From the NCBI GenBank assembly GCA_007134525.1, contig SLKR01000083.1:1-57817 (forward strand): 57,817 bases of DNA, in the 5' to 3' direction. Below the pieces are notes generated by a model. It searched no databases. It saw only the letters and a list, made by a program, of their open reading frames with translations, and was not told the origin of the DNA. Both the position numbers and the translations under genes were made by a program. Shown here piece after piece: positions 37,744 through 48,200 of the stretch (positions within the stretch are counted from its first letter, which is position 1; every line of letters begins with the position of its first letter). This DNA comes from Bacteroidales bacterium. Lineage in GTDB: Bacteria > Bacteroidota > Bacteroidia > Bacteroidales > UBA7960.

Positions 37744-38535
37744 ATGGTTGACAATGAAATAAAAGAATTCCTGGAAGAAAAGGCAGAGCAGTACAATACT
37801 CCCTCGTTCATTGAGTCTGACCCAGTATTTATACCCCACCAGTTCAGCCTTAAGGAAGACATTGAAATATCAGGCCTAATGGCTGCAACCATTGCATGGG
37901 GCAACAGAAAGACAATACTCCGAAACGCCCTGAACCTGATAAGCCTTATGGGCAACTCCCCATATGACTTTATTATGAACCACCGGGAGCATAACCTGGA
38001 GAAGTTCGGCGGTTTTGTTCACCGCACCTTCAACGCAACTGATGCAAAATATTTTATACGGGCGCTTAAGAACATATATTGCAATAAGGGAGGCCTTGAA
38101 AGCCTGTTTGCAGGATCAGCAACCCCCAAATCGGTAATACCGGCCATTGTCAACTTCCATGAGATATTTTTTTCCATCCCCCACCCCGAACGCACCAGAA
38201 AACACGTTTCCAACCCGGCAAAGGGGTCACCGGCAAAAAGGATCAATATGTGGCTCAGGTGGATGGTAAGAAGGGACGGCCGTGGTGTTGACCTGGGCAT
38301 ATGGGATTCTTTATCACCATCCCAGCTCTCATGCCCCCTTGACATTCACACCGGGAATATTGCACGCAGGTTGGGACTTATTACACATAAGCAAAACAAT
38401 CTAAAAGCCCTGAATGAGCTTGATACAAATCTCAGGGAGATGGATCCTGAGGATCCTGTAAAATATGATTTCGCGCTTTTCGGACTCGGTATATTTGAGG
38501 GCTTTCATAAGCTGGACGAAGGTATTGGCAGATGA
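37744..38535 (+). CDS. TIGR02757 (DUF2400) family protein
   Basis: FIESDPVFIPH, AWGNRK, SPAKRINMWLRWMVR, PLDIH, DPEDPVKYDFALFG. TATATTTG promoter element at 37711-37718. Confidence 0.88.
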   Translation: MVDNEIKEFLEEKAEQYNTPSFIESDPVFIPHQFSLKEDIEISGLMAATIAWGNRKTILRNALNLISLMGNSPYDFIMNHREHNLEKFGGFVHRTFNATDAKYFIRALKNIYCNKGGLESLFAGSATPKSVIPAIVNFHEIFFSIPHPERTRKHVSNPAKGSPAKRINMWLRWMVRRDGRGVDLGIWDSLSPSQLSCPLDIHTGNIARRLGLITHKQNNLKALNELDTNLREMDPEDPVKYDFALFGLGIFEGFHKLDEGIGR

Positions 38536-38580
38536 AAAAAAATTCGTGTATTTTTGTTATAAACAATCATATACAGTGTT

Positions 38581-39057
38581 ATGGATCAAAACCATAAGGA
38601 GTTTATCAAGGAGGCCGTATTAATGGCTGCAAAAAATGCGACAAGCGGGGGCGGTGGCCCTTTTGGCGCACTGATAGTCAAAAACGGGGAGATAATTGGC
38701 AGGGGTGTGAACAAGGTAACCACCAGCAACGATCCAACCGCACATGCAGAGGTTATCGCAATAAGGGATGCCTGCAAAAACATTGACAATTTCAAGCTGG
38801 AGGGTTCTGTGATATATGCCAGCTGTGAACCCTGTCCTATGTGCCTGGCCGCCATTTACTGGGCAAGGATAGCAAAGGTATATTTTGCTGCCGCAAACAC
38901 CGACGCAGCAAAGGCAGGATTTGATGATTCATTTATCTACGAAGAGATCCGACTGCCTGTCGAAAAAAGATCAATTGAGATGAACAAGCTCGACATTGAG
39001 GAATACCTCAGTCCATTTGACACCTGGATAGAGATTGAAAACAAGATTACCTACTAA
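38581..39057 (+). CDS. Nucleoside/guanine deaminase (GuaD-like)
   Basis: GGPFGA, DPTAHAEV, SCEPCPMCL. Confidence 0.88.
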   Translation: MDQNHKEFIKEAVLMAAKNATSGGGGPFGALIVKNGEIIGRGVNKVTTSNDPTAHAEVIAIRDACKNIDNFKLEGSVIYASCEPCPMCLAAIYWARIAKVYFAAANTDAAKAGFDDSFIYEEIRLPVEKRSIEMNKLDIEEYLSPFDTWIEIENKITY

Positions 39058-39076
39058 TTTAAACACCCTGAAAACC

Positions 39077-39892
39077 ATGATGAAACAATTAAAGGAAACA
39101 GCTGCCTTTCTGAAGGAGAGAACCGGTATGGAGCCCGGTGTGGGAATTATACTGGGAAGCGGTCTTGGAGGGCTGGTTGAGGAGATTAACATAAGCCACA
39201 GGATAGCCTATGAGGATATTCCGGGTTTCCCGGTATCCACAGTTGAAGGTCACGACGGCAGGCTTATATTCGGAGAGCTCGGAGGTAAAGAGGTGGTTGC
39301 CATGCAGGGACGTTTTCACTATTACGAAGGCTACCCGATGGAAAAAGTGACCTTACCGGTAAGGGTAATGCGTCTGCTGGGGGTGCACACTCTTTTCGTA
39401 TCAAATGCAGCAGGAGGCCTTAATCCTGCATTCGAAGCAGGAGATCTGATGATAATCCGGGATCATATCAATATGTTCCCGGAAAATCCATTAAGGGGGC
39501 CCAACATAGATGAGCTGGGTACACGCTTCCCTGAAATGAGCGAAACCTATTGCAAAAAGCTCATCGGTCAAGCCAAACGTATCGCCGCCGATAACAATAT
39601 CCGTTTTCAGTCAGGTGTTTACATTGGCAGCCCCGGTCCGACCCTGGAAACTCCGGCTGAGTACAGGATGTTCCATAAACTTGGTGCAGACGCAACCGGG
39701 ATGTCAACCGTTCCTGAGATAATAACCGCACGTCATGCCGGCATGAGGTGCTTCGGAATATCAGTGATAACCAATCTCTCTGAGCAGTCTGAAATGGACA
39801 AACCCACCACCCACGAAGAGGTACAGAGTGTCGCCGGTACTGCAGCCCCGAGGATGACCCTGGTCTTCAAAAAGCTTATAGAAAGTTTGTAG
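39077..39892 (+). CDS. punA: Purine-nucleoside phosphorylase (trimeric type)
   Basis: ILGSGLG, STVEGH, QGRFHYYEG, SNAAGG, ETPAE, GMSTVPE. Confidence 0.93.
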   Translation: MMKQLKETAAFLKERTGMEPGVGIILGSGLGGLVEEINISHRIAYEDIPGFPVSTVEGHDGRLIFGELGGKEVVAMQGRFHYYEGYPMEKVTLPVRVMRLLGVHTLFVSNAAGGLNPAFEAGDLMIIRDHINMFPENPLRGPNIDELGTRFPEMSETYCKKLIGQAKRIAADNNIRFQSGVYIGSPGPTLETPAEYRMFHKLGADATGMSTVPEIITARHAGMRCFGISVITNLSEQSEMDKPTTHEEVQSVAGTAAPRMTLVFKKLIESL

Positions 39893-39901
39893 AGGAGAGG
39901 T

Positions 39902-40729
39902 TCAGCCATCCCTGCCTGCCTTTTTAAGGCTTTCAACATCCTCGCGCAGGCGATTTACCTGCCGGGTAAGTTCCTGTTGCGGAGTGTCGGCATCAGGCAT
40001 CTCCCGGCTTATGTAATTCACGAACTTCCACACCTCCCTTACATCATTTATATGGACATCGTAAGGTTCATATACCGGATTAAGTGAGTGGAGCCTCAGG
40101 ATACCGTCCTTTCTGAGACGGTTCTCAACGACTTTGAACACGACCCCGTCATCCAGGGTATGTATGACATAAGCGTGGCGGTCACGTATCAGTTGCCAGT
40201 TCTGCATAAATTCACAGGTAACCCACGAACCGTCAGGTATAGGCAGCATGCTGTCGCCCGAAACCTGAAAAGTCCGGTATTTCTTCTGCCTTGAGAGAAA
40301 AGGCATCTGGAACGTAGGCAGCACCTTTATGAATTCCGGATCGGCAAAGCCAACCCGGTAACCTGCTTTTGCCTTTTCTGAAACCAACTCTATGTTCTCC
40401 TCATTTTCCCGGTCGACAGTTGTGGCAAGAACCCTCAGCTTGCTCCCGGTAAGGAATACATCATATCCCCTTTCCAGCTGTGAAAGCTGGCTCTCTGAAA
40501 GGCTTCCCAGATCGGTCTTGACCAGGGTATCAATTGAAATATTAAAGTAACGTGAAAAAGCGACAAGGGTTTCCAGGCCCGGCTGTGCCACACCGTTCTC
40601 ATAACCGCTCAGGGTGGGCCTTTTAAGATCAAGCGAAAAGGCTACATCATCCTGGGTGCGCCCACGGCGCCTGCGCAGGAGTTTTATGTTGGAGCCGAAA
40701 TGCCCCATGGTTCTCTCTTTTTTGTTCAT
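39902..40729 (-). CDS. LexA/CI-like repressor: XRE helix-turn-helix + S24 peptidase domain
   Basis: N-terminal HTH (TQDDVA..RPTLSGYENG), AG cleavage site (KAKAGY), catalytic Ser (GDSM) and Lys (VVFKVV). Alternative ATG at 40708. Confidence 0.9.
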   Translation of the reverse strand: MNKKERTMGHFGSNIKLLRRRRGRTQDDVAFSLDLKRPTLSGYENGVAQPGLETLVAFSRYFNISIDTLVKTDLGSLSESQLSQLERGYDVFLTGSKLRVLATTVDRENEENIELVSEKAKAGYRVGFADPEFIKVLPTFQMPFLSRQKKYRTFQVSGDSMLPIPDGSWVTCEFMQNWQLIRDRHAYVIHTLDDGVVFKVVENRLRKDGILRLHSLNPVYEPYDVHINDVREVWKFVNYISREMPDADTPQQELTRQVNRLREDVESLKKAGRDG

Positions 40730-40771
40730 CAGGCAATATTTTATCGTTTCACTGTTTGCAGAGTCGTAAAA

Positions 40772-40811
40772 TGATTATATTATAAACGTTTTTATGATCA
40801 TTTTCTAATCA
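40772..40811. promoter_or_regulatory. Two candidate operators of form TGATTA-N5-TAATCA
   Basis: TGATTA-TATTA-TAAACG (40772-40788) and TGATCA-TTTTC-TAATCA (40795-40811) between the divergent repressor and dinB. Minus-strand TACCTTTG promoter element at 40810-40817. Confidence 0.55.
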
Positions 40812-40847
40812 AAGGTAGTTATGTTTTTTTAAAAAACCAACAAGAAA

Positions 40848-42023
40848 GTGGATAGTCACGAAAAAATACAGGGAAGCAAACGAAGTATACTGCACCTGGA
40901 CCAGGACACCTTCTTTGTGTCGGTCGAAAGGCTCCGCGACAGCCGTCTGTCGGGCAAGCCTGTAATAATAGGAGGCATGGGCGACAGGGGAGTTGTTGCA
41001 AGCTGCAGCTATGAAGCCCGGAAATGGGGGGTGCATTCGGCAATGCCAATGAAGCAGGCACGCCGTATGTGCCCCGCTGCAATATACATACGCGGAGACA
41101 TGGAACTTTACTCCCGCTATTCCGACATGGTAACATCAGTTATAGCTGAAAAGGCTCCCCTCTTCGAGAAAGCCTCCATAGATGAACACTATATAGACCT
41201 GAGCGGCATGGACCGTTTTTTCGGATGCAACCGCTGGGCATCAGAACTAAAGCAGGGAATAATAAAAGAAACAGGTCTGCCTGTATCATTTGGCTTGTCT
41301 CTTAACAAAAGTGTTGCGAAAATAGCTGCCGGTGAGGCAAAGCCAAACGGACATATGGAAGTGGGAGAAAACCGCATAAGGGGTTTTTTGGATCCCCTCT
41401 CCGTGGGCAAGATACCCATGGTGGGGCCAAAGACATGCTACAGCCTGCGCAATATGGGAATCTACACAATAGGTACGCTTCGCAATATACCACCCGGGAT
41501 GTTTGAGAACATACTCGGAAAGAACGGCAGGGAGATATGGCTGCGTGCCAACGGTATAGACAACAGGAAAGTACAGCCCTGGACGGAACAGAAATCTGTG
41601 AACAGTGAAACCACCTTCAGCAATGATACCATAGACATAAGCCATATAAACAACATACTGTTGGGCCTTTGCGAGCAGCTTGCCTTCAGGCTCAGGAAAA
41701 ACCGGCAGCTTACCTCCTGTGTGACCATCAAAATAAGATATTCCAATTACGACACCCACAGCCTTCAGAAGAAGCTCCCGGCCTATACGGCCTTTGACCA
41801 TATACTGATACCGGTATGCAAGGAACTGTTCAGCAGGCTCTATACAAGGCGCATGCGCCTGCGGCTGGTGGGCATACAGTTCAGCAGGCTGATAAGGGGT
41901 GTGCAGCAACTTGACATGTTCGAAGACACCCCTGAGATGGCAAGACTATACCAGGCAATGGACAGTGTAAGGAGCAGATACGGACAGGGAGTTATATACA
42001 GGGCCGCAGGGAGATGTACATAA
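40848..42023 (+). CDS. dinB: Y-family DNA polymerase IV
   Basis: ILHLDQDTFFVSVE, RGVVASCSYEAR, SIDE, KPNG, little-finger domain, QLDMF clamp-binding motif. Confidence 0.93.
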   Translation: MDSHEKIQGSKRSILHLDQDTFFVSVERLRDSRLSGKPVIIGGMGDRGVVASCSYEARKWGVHSAMPMKQARRMCPAAIYIRGDMELYSRYSDMVTSVIAEKAPLFEKASIDEHYIDLSGMDRFFGCNRWASELKQGIIKETGLPVSFGLSLNKSVAKIAAGEAKPNGHMEVGENRIRGFLDPLSVGKIPMVGPKTCYSLRNMGIYTIGTLRNIPPGMFENILGKNGREIWLRANGIDNRKVQPWTEQKSVNSETTFSNDTIDISHINNILLGLCEQLAFRLRKNRQLTSCVTIKIRYSNYDTHSLQKKLPAYTAFDHILIPVCKELFSRLYTRRMRLRLVGIQFSRLIRGVQQLDMFEDTPEMARLYQAMDSVRSRYGQGVIYRAAGRCT

Positions 42024-44992
42024 ACTGCCATACTTACTACAGCCTTCGCTACGGTACGCTATCGCCTGAAGAGCTGGCAGGCCTAGCAGCCTCTCACGGG
42101 CTTCGCAGGATCGCGCTCACCGATATCAACAATTCCAGCGCAATGCCTGACTTTGTCAGGGAGTGCAGTAAAAGAGGGCTCGAAGCGGTCGCAGGCATGG
42201 AGTTCAGGAAAGGCGACCGCCTGCTCTATATTGTACTGGCACGCAACCCGAAAGGGTTCGGCAGGATCAACGCTTTCAGGAGCCTTCACAATACAGCCAA
42301 CATACCATTGCCCCCGCAATTTCCTGTATGCGAAAATACCTTCGTAATTTACCCGTTCAGCCCTGACGGGAAAAGATCAGAATACGGGCCGAACGAATAC
42401 ACGGGCATAAGGTCAGACCAGCTGCACATGCCCGGGGCGGCAGCAGCGGTAAAGGAACACCCGGACCGCATGCTTGCCCTTCATCCGGTATCTTTCAGCG
42501 ACATTAGGGGGTACCGGCTGCACCTGCATCTTCGGGCGATAGATCACAACATACTTTTAAGCAGGCTGAATGCAGGCAATACCGGCAGGCAGGCAGACAT
42601 AATGCTCCCTCCGCGGGTTCTGAGGCAAAACTTTGCCACGGCAGGCAATATCATAAACAATACCATTAAGCTGCTCGACAAGTGCAGCATGGATTTTGAA
42701 TTTGGCAAACCAAAGAACAAAAAAAGCTTTACCGGCAGCCGGGCCAGCGACAGGGCTCTTTTGGAAAAACTTGCAACAGAGGGCATGCTGCAGCGATATG
42801 GAGCCAAATACAAAGAGGCACACAGGCGTATCAGGCATGAACTTGACATAATAGACAAACTCGGATTCTCCTCCTACTTTCTTATCACATGGGATATAAT
42901 ACGCTACTCAATGTCGCGGGGGTTTTACCATGTAGGCCGGGGGAGCGGTGCAAACAGCACGGTGGCATACTGCCTGCACATCACAGATGTTGACCCCGCA
43001 GAGCTTAACCTTTATTTTGAACGCTTTATAAACCCAAAACGCTCGACACCCCCCGATTTTGACATTGATTACTCCTGGAAAGACCGCGATCAGGTCCTGG
43101 ACTATATCTTCAAACGCTACGGGAATGAACATACAGCTCTTCTGGGAACCATATCCACCTTTCACAGAAGATCCGCGATAAGGGAAGCCGGAAAGGCATA
43201 CGGGCTTCCGAAGTCAGAAATAGACATGCTTGCGGGGCAAACATCTGATAAAGTATCCGGTGACAGAGTCTCTGCCAGTGTACTTGATATAGCCGGGCAA
43301 CTAGCCGGCTTACCTAATATCAGGAGTATACATGCAGGAGGTGTGCTGATTTCAGAGGAACCGGTATATATGTATTCGGCACTTGATCTTCCTGCAAAGG
43401 GGCTGCCGTCAGTACAATGGGATATGTATGTTGCAGAAGACCTCGGCTTTGAAAAGATAGACATCCTGAGTCAGAGAGGCATAGGGCATATCAATGAGTG
43501 TGTCAGGCTGGTCAGCGAGAACCGGAAAGACCAGCCAGACATACATAACATGGCTGCCATCAAGGAGGATCCGAAGACGCTGGAACTGCTTAAACAGGGT
43601 CAGGCAACTGGTTGCTTCTATATAGAAAGCCCGGCAATGAGGGGCCTGCTCAAAAAATTATTGTGCAGTAACTACATTGAGCTGGTAGCAGCCAGCTCAA
43701 TAATCAGACCGGGAGTGTCACGTTCAGGGATGATGCAGGAGTACATAAAACGCAGAAGGGATCCCTCAAAGGCAGAATACCTGCACCCGGTCATGGAGGA
43801 GCAGCTAAAGGAGACCTATGGTGTAATGGTTTACCAGGAGGATGTAATCAGGGTCTGCCACCATTTTGCAGGCCTGGATCTTGCAGATGCAGATATTCTC
43901 AGGCGGGCAATGAGCGGAAAATACAGGTCGGAAAAGGAGATGCTGGGGCTGGCAGGGAGGTTTTTCAAGGGTTGCCGGGAAAAAGAACGTGACGAAAAGA
44001 TATCAAAAGAGATATGGCGCCAGATAAAGTCTTTCGCCGGATACTCATTCTCCAAGGCCCACTCTGCATCCTTTGCTGTTGAAAGTTTCCAGAGTCTTTA
44101 CCTGAAGGGACACTACCCGCTTGAGTTCATGACTGCAGTACTGAACAATTTCGGAGGCTTTTACCGCAGCGAAGTATATTTCCATGAAGCAAAACGACTG
44201 GGCGCACGCATCGAACTGCCCTGTGTAAACAGTAGTGAGTATCTCAACAGAATAAAAAAGAATACAATATATACCGGTTTTGTAAACATTCAGGACATTG
44301 AACAAAAAACCGCCAGGCTTATAGTCATGGAAAGGGAAGAAAACGGGCTATACAGCGGGCTTGAAGACTTTGTAAGGAGAACGGGTATAAAACATGAACA
44401 GCTGGTTATCCTGATCAGGATTAAGGCCCTGAGGTTCACAGGCACCGACAAATACAAACTTCTTTGGAGGGCATGTATGATCAGGGGCAAGACAAGCTTC
44501 CGTCACCCCGAGCTGTTCAGTACCCCTTACGGCAATACAGTCCTGCCCGAGCCTGAAAACAGTCCGCTTACCGATGCGTACGACGAAATACAACTGCTGG
44601 GTTTTACGCTGAGTTCATCCCCGTTTGACCTGCTCAAAACAAGCTTCAGGGGAGATATAGCTGCCCGTGATATGATCTCTCACAATGGCAGGGACGTGCG
44701 TATGGTGGGGTGGCTGGTAAACACCAAGTATGTACGAACCGTAAAGGGAGAAACAATGTACTTCGGCTGCTTTATTGACGCCGGGGGAGATTTCTTCGAC
44801 ACTATACACTTCCCTGATGTTGTCAGGAGATATCCTTTCAGCGGGAAAGGGGTATATCTACTGATCGGTCAGATCCAGACCGAATTCTCACATCCGGGCC
44901 TAAAAGTACTAAGGATGGCACGCCTGCCATTCAGGCCTGCGCAGTCGGGCCTCCCAGGTTCATCGGCAGCCCCGGTCCTTCAATATCCTTAA
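42014..44992 (+). CDS. dnaE2: Error-prone DNA polymerase III alpha (DnaE2-like)
   Basis: PHP domain, GRGSGANS, PDFDID catalytic motif, GYSFSKAHS, OB fold. At 992 aa it is short for a replicative DnaE and is coupled to dinB. Confidence 0.88.
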   Translation: MYINCHTYYSLRYGTLSPEELAGLAASHGLRRIALTDINNSSAMPDFVRECSKRGLEAVAGMEFRKGDRLLYIVLARNPKGFGRINAFRSLHNTANIPLPPQFPVCENTFVIYPFSPDGKRSEYGPNEYTGIRSDQLHMPGAAAAVKEHPDRMLALHPVSFSDIRGYRLHLHLRAIDHNILLSRLNAGNTGRQADIMLPPRVLRQNFATAGNIINNTIKLLDKCSMDFEFGKPKNKKSFTGSRASDRALLEKLATEGMLQRYGAKYKEAHRRIRHELDIIDKLGFSSYFLITWDIIRYSMSRGFYHVGRGSGANSTVAYCLHITDVDPAELNLYFERFINPKRSTPPDFDIDYSWKDRDQVLDYIFKRYGNEHTALLGTISTFHRRSAIREAGKAYGLPKSEIDMLAGQTSDKVSGDRVSASVLDIAGQLAGLPNIRSIHAGGVLISEEPVYMYSALDLPAKGLPSVQWDMYVAEDLGFEKIDILSQRGIGHINECVRLVSENRKDQPDIHNMAAIKEDPKTLELLKQGQATGCFYIESPAMRGLLKKLLCSNYIELVAASSIIRPGVSRSGMMQEYIKRRRDPSKAEYLHPVMEEQLKETYGVMVYQEDVIRVCHHFAGLDLADADILRRAMSGKYRSEKEMLGLAGRFFKGCREKERDEKISKEIWRQIKSFAGYSFSKAHSASFAVESFQSLYLKGHYPLEFMTAVLNNFGGFYRSEVYFHEAKRLGARIELPCVNSSEYLNRIKKNTIYTGFVNIQDIEQKTARLIVMEREENGLYSGLEDFVRRTGIKHEQLVILIRIKALRFTGTDKYKLLWRACMIRGKTSFRHPELFSTPYGNTVLPEPENSPLTDAYDEIQLLGFTLSSSPFDLLKTSFRGDIAARDMISHNGRDVRMVGWLVNTKYVRTVKGETMYFGCFIDAGGDFFDTIHFPDVVRRYPFSGKGVYLLIGQIQTEFSHPGLKVLRMARLPFRPAQSGLPGSSAAPVLQYP

Positions 44993-45245
44993 TGGGGCCA
45001 TGAGCTGACTCAAACTTGTTAATGTTCTCTTTGAGCGCCTTCATCAAACGCTTTGCATGCTGTGGAGTCAGTACTATCCTTGACTTGACCTTTGCCTTGG
45101 GAACACCCGGCATCAACCTGACAAAGTCAATAACAAACTCTGTATTGGAGTGGGTAATGATAGCAAGATTAGAATACACTCCCTCAGCAACCTCAGGTGT
45201 GAGTTCAATATTTATCTTCTTATCGGATTTCTTTTGATCAGCCAT
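44931..45245 (-). CDS. DUF3467-domain protein
   Basis: INIEL.EVAEGVYSNLAII.HS.TEFVIDF, KVKSRIVLTPQHAKRL. Directly downstream of rpoC. Confidence 0.9.
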   Translation of the reverse strand: MADQKKSDKKINIELTPEVAEGVYSNLAIITHSNTEFVIDFVRLMPGVPKAKVKSRIVLTPQHAKRLMKALKENINKFESAHGPIKDIEGPGLPMNLGGPTAQA

Positions 45246-45259
45246 AATATCCCTTTCCT

Positions 45260-48200
45260 TTATTTGTTGGTTACTTCACTTTTTTCCTCCGGACTTTCCT
45301 CCACGACTTTATTTTTGGAAGCCATAAGCAGGTTGTATTCCTCCATGGATCCTACGATTATATTGTCATAGTCGCGTAATCCGGTACCGGCGGGAATAAG
45401 GTGCCCGACAATAACATTCTCCTTGAGTCCCTTAAGACTGTCAGTCTTTGCATTTACAGCTGCGTCGGTGAGAACCTTGGTGGTCTCCTGGAATGAAGCA
45501 GCAGATATAAAGCTCTGTGTCTGAAGTGAGGCCTTGGTAATCCCCTGAAGCTGCTGTCGTGCGGTGGCACCATTCGCATCACGTGCAACCACAAGCTTCT
45601 TATCCCTGCGCCTTAACATTGAGTTCTCATCACGCAGACGGCGGGCGGTAATTATCTGGCCCGGTTTTAATGCAGAGTCGCCCGGATCTTCAACAACCTT
45701 CTTTCCAAACAGGCTGTCATTCTCCTCCATAAAGTCGATCTTGTTCACGATCTCATTCTCAAGGAAGCGGGTATCCCCCTGATCTTCAATAACAACCTTG
45801 CGCATCATCTGTCTAACAATGATCTCAAAATGTTTGTCATTGATCTTCACACCCTGCATGCGATAAACCTCCTGCACTTCATTCACGATATACTCCTGAA
45901 CAGCTGTCGGACCCTTAATTGCTAGGATGTCGGCAGGTGTTGTCGGGCCATCGGAAAGCGGGGTCCCGGCCTTGACAAAGTCATTCTCCTGAGCCAGTAT
46001 CTGCTTTGTAAGCGGTACCAGATAGCGTTTTTCGTCGCCTGTTTTAGAGGTAATGATCACCTCCCTGTTGCCACGCTTGATCTTCTTGCCAAATGAAACA
46101 ACCCCGTCTATCTCGGATACAACTGCAGGATCTGACGGGTTACGTGCCTCAAACAGCTCGGTGATCCTGGGCAGACCACCCGTAATGTCTCCGGATTTAC
46201 CCACTGCACGGGGTATCTTTGCAACGATAGTACCGGGTTTGACCTCAACACCCTCATTTATTACCACATGGGCGCCTACCGGCATATCATATACCCTCTC
46301 CTCATTTCCTGACTTGTCAACTATGCTGATCGAAGGGTTCTTCGTCTTATCCTTGGAGTCAATTATTACCTTCTCGTAGTATCCTGTCTGTTCGTCAGAG
46401 TCAGTTCTGTAAGTGGAGCCCTCCTTCATGTTGTTGAACACTGCCTTGCCGGGCACATCCGATATTATTACCGCATTGTAGGGGTCCCACTCACATATTA
46501 GGTCACCGCTCTTGACTTCATCTCCATTCTTGAAATATAGGTTCGCACCATAGGGGATATTCTGACTGGTGAGTACCATCTGGGTATTCTTGTCAACTAT
46601 TCTCATCTCTGCCGAACGGCCTATTACCACCTGGTAACCGCGTCCGTCATCACTGCTGAATGGCACTGAACGAAGCTCGTCAATCTCAAGCACACCTGCA
46701 TATTTGGCGTTAACCTTCGAAGCAGTGGCAATATTTGATGCGGTACCACCAACGTGGAATGTCCGGAGGGTTAGCTGTGTACCCGGTTCACCGATCGACT
46801 GTGCTGCGATTACGCCCACAGATTCACCTTTTTGAACCATACGTCCTGTGGCAAGGTTACGTCCGTAACACTTGGCACAAACTCCTACCTTCGACTCGCA
46901 GGTAAGAACAGACCTGATCTCAACTGCTTCTATAGGTGAATCCTCAATTACCTGGGATATCTCTTCTGTAAGTTCATCACCGGCTCCAACTATGAGTTCG
47001 CCGGAAGTAGGATGAAATATATCATGCAGGGTGTTGCGGCCTAGTATTCTGTCGTGCAGTGTCTCAACCGTCTCCTCATTGTTCTTCAGGGCGGTAGCCG
47101 TAAGCCCCCTCAGTGTGCCGCAATCGCTCTCGGTAATGATAACATCCTGTGCAACGTCAACAAGCCTTCTTGTAAGGTAACCTGCATCGGCAGTCTTAAG
47201 TGCGGTATCGGCAAGACCCTTGCGCGCACCGTGAGTTGAGATAAAGTACTCGAGAACCGACAATCCTTCCTTAAAGTTTGAGAGGATGGGGTTCTCAATG
47301 ATCTCACCCCCCTTTGCACCCGATTTCTGCGGTTTTGCCATAAGTCCACGCATACCCGACAGCTGGCGTATCTGCTCCTTGGAGCCCCTGGCCCCTGAGT
47401 CAAGCATCATGAATACAGGGTTAAACCCCTGGTTGTCTGCTGTGGTCTTGTCGATCAATACCTTTGTAAGCTTGGCATTGGTATGGGTCCATATGTCAAT
47501 TATCTGGTTATAGCGTTCATTATTGGTAATGAATCCCATACTATAGTTTGCACGAACCTCTTCGACCTGGTCGTCAGCCTGGTCAATCAGGATCTGCTTT
47601 TCTTCAGGAACGATAATATCACCCAGATTAAATGACAGCCCTCCACGGAATGCCAGTTCGAAACCGAGGTCTTTAATGTCATCAAGGAATTTTGAAGTTC
47701 GGGAGATGCCCGTTTCCTTCATAATGCCACCGATAACGTCCCTTAGCGCCTTTTTAGTAAGAAGCAGGTTGATAAAACCATACTCCTCAGGTATCACCTG
47801 GTTAAACAGTATGCGTCCTATAGTGGTTTCAACAATCTTATTTACAAGCTTTCCCTTTTCCTTAACCGGAACCCTTACCTTAATGATGGCATGGAGATCG
47901 GCTGCACCTTCGTTGTGTGCAATTATCGCCTCCTCAGGTCCGTAAAATGTAAGCCCTTGCCCCTTTACAGGATGCTCTGGAGTACTCTTGCGCGCCTTGG
48001 TCATATAGTAGAGACCAAGTACCATATCCTGCGATGGAACTGCAATCGGGGCACCGTTTGCAGGGTTAAGTATATTGTGAGAGGCAAGCATTAGAAGCTG
48101 CGCCTCAAGTATTGCGGCATTGCCAAGCGGAAGGTGAACAGCCATCTGGTCACCGTCAAAGTCGGCGTTGAATGCCGTACAAACCAGGGGATGGAGCTGT

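Noticed and set aside
37695-37955. N-terminal extension of the 306-aa minus-strand ORF
   Set aside because: It overlaps TIGR02757 on the opposite strand, and the Rossmann motif begins right after the ATG at 37694.
40848-42023. Calling the Y-family gene imuB
   Set aside because: The catalytic acidic motifs are retained and there is no imuA, so it fits DinB better.
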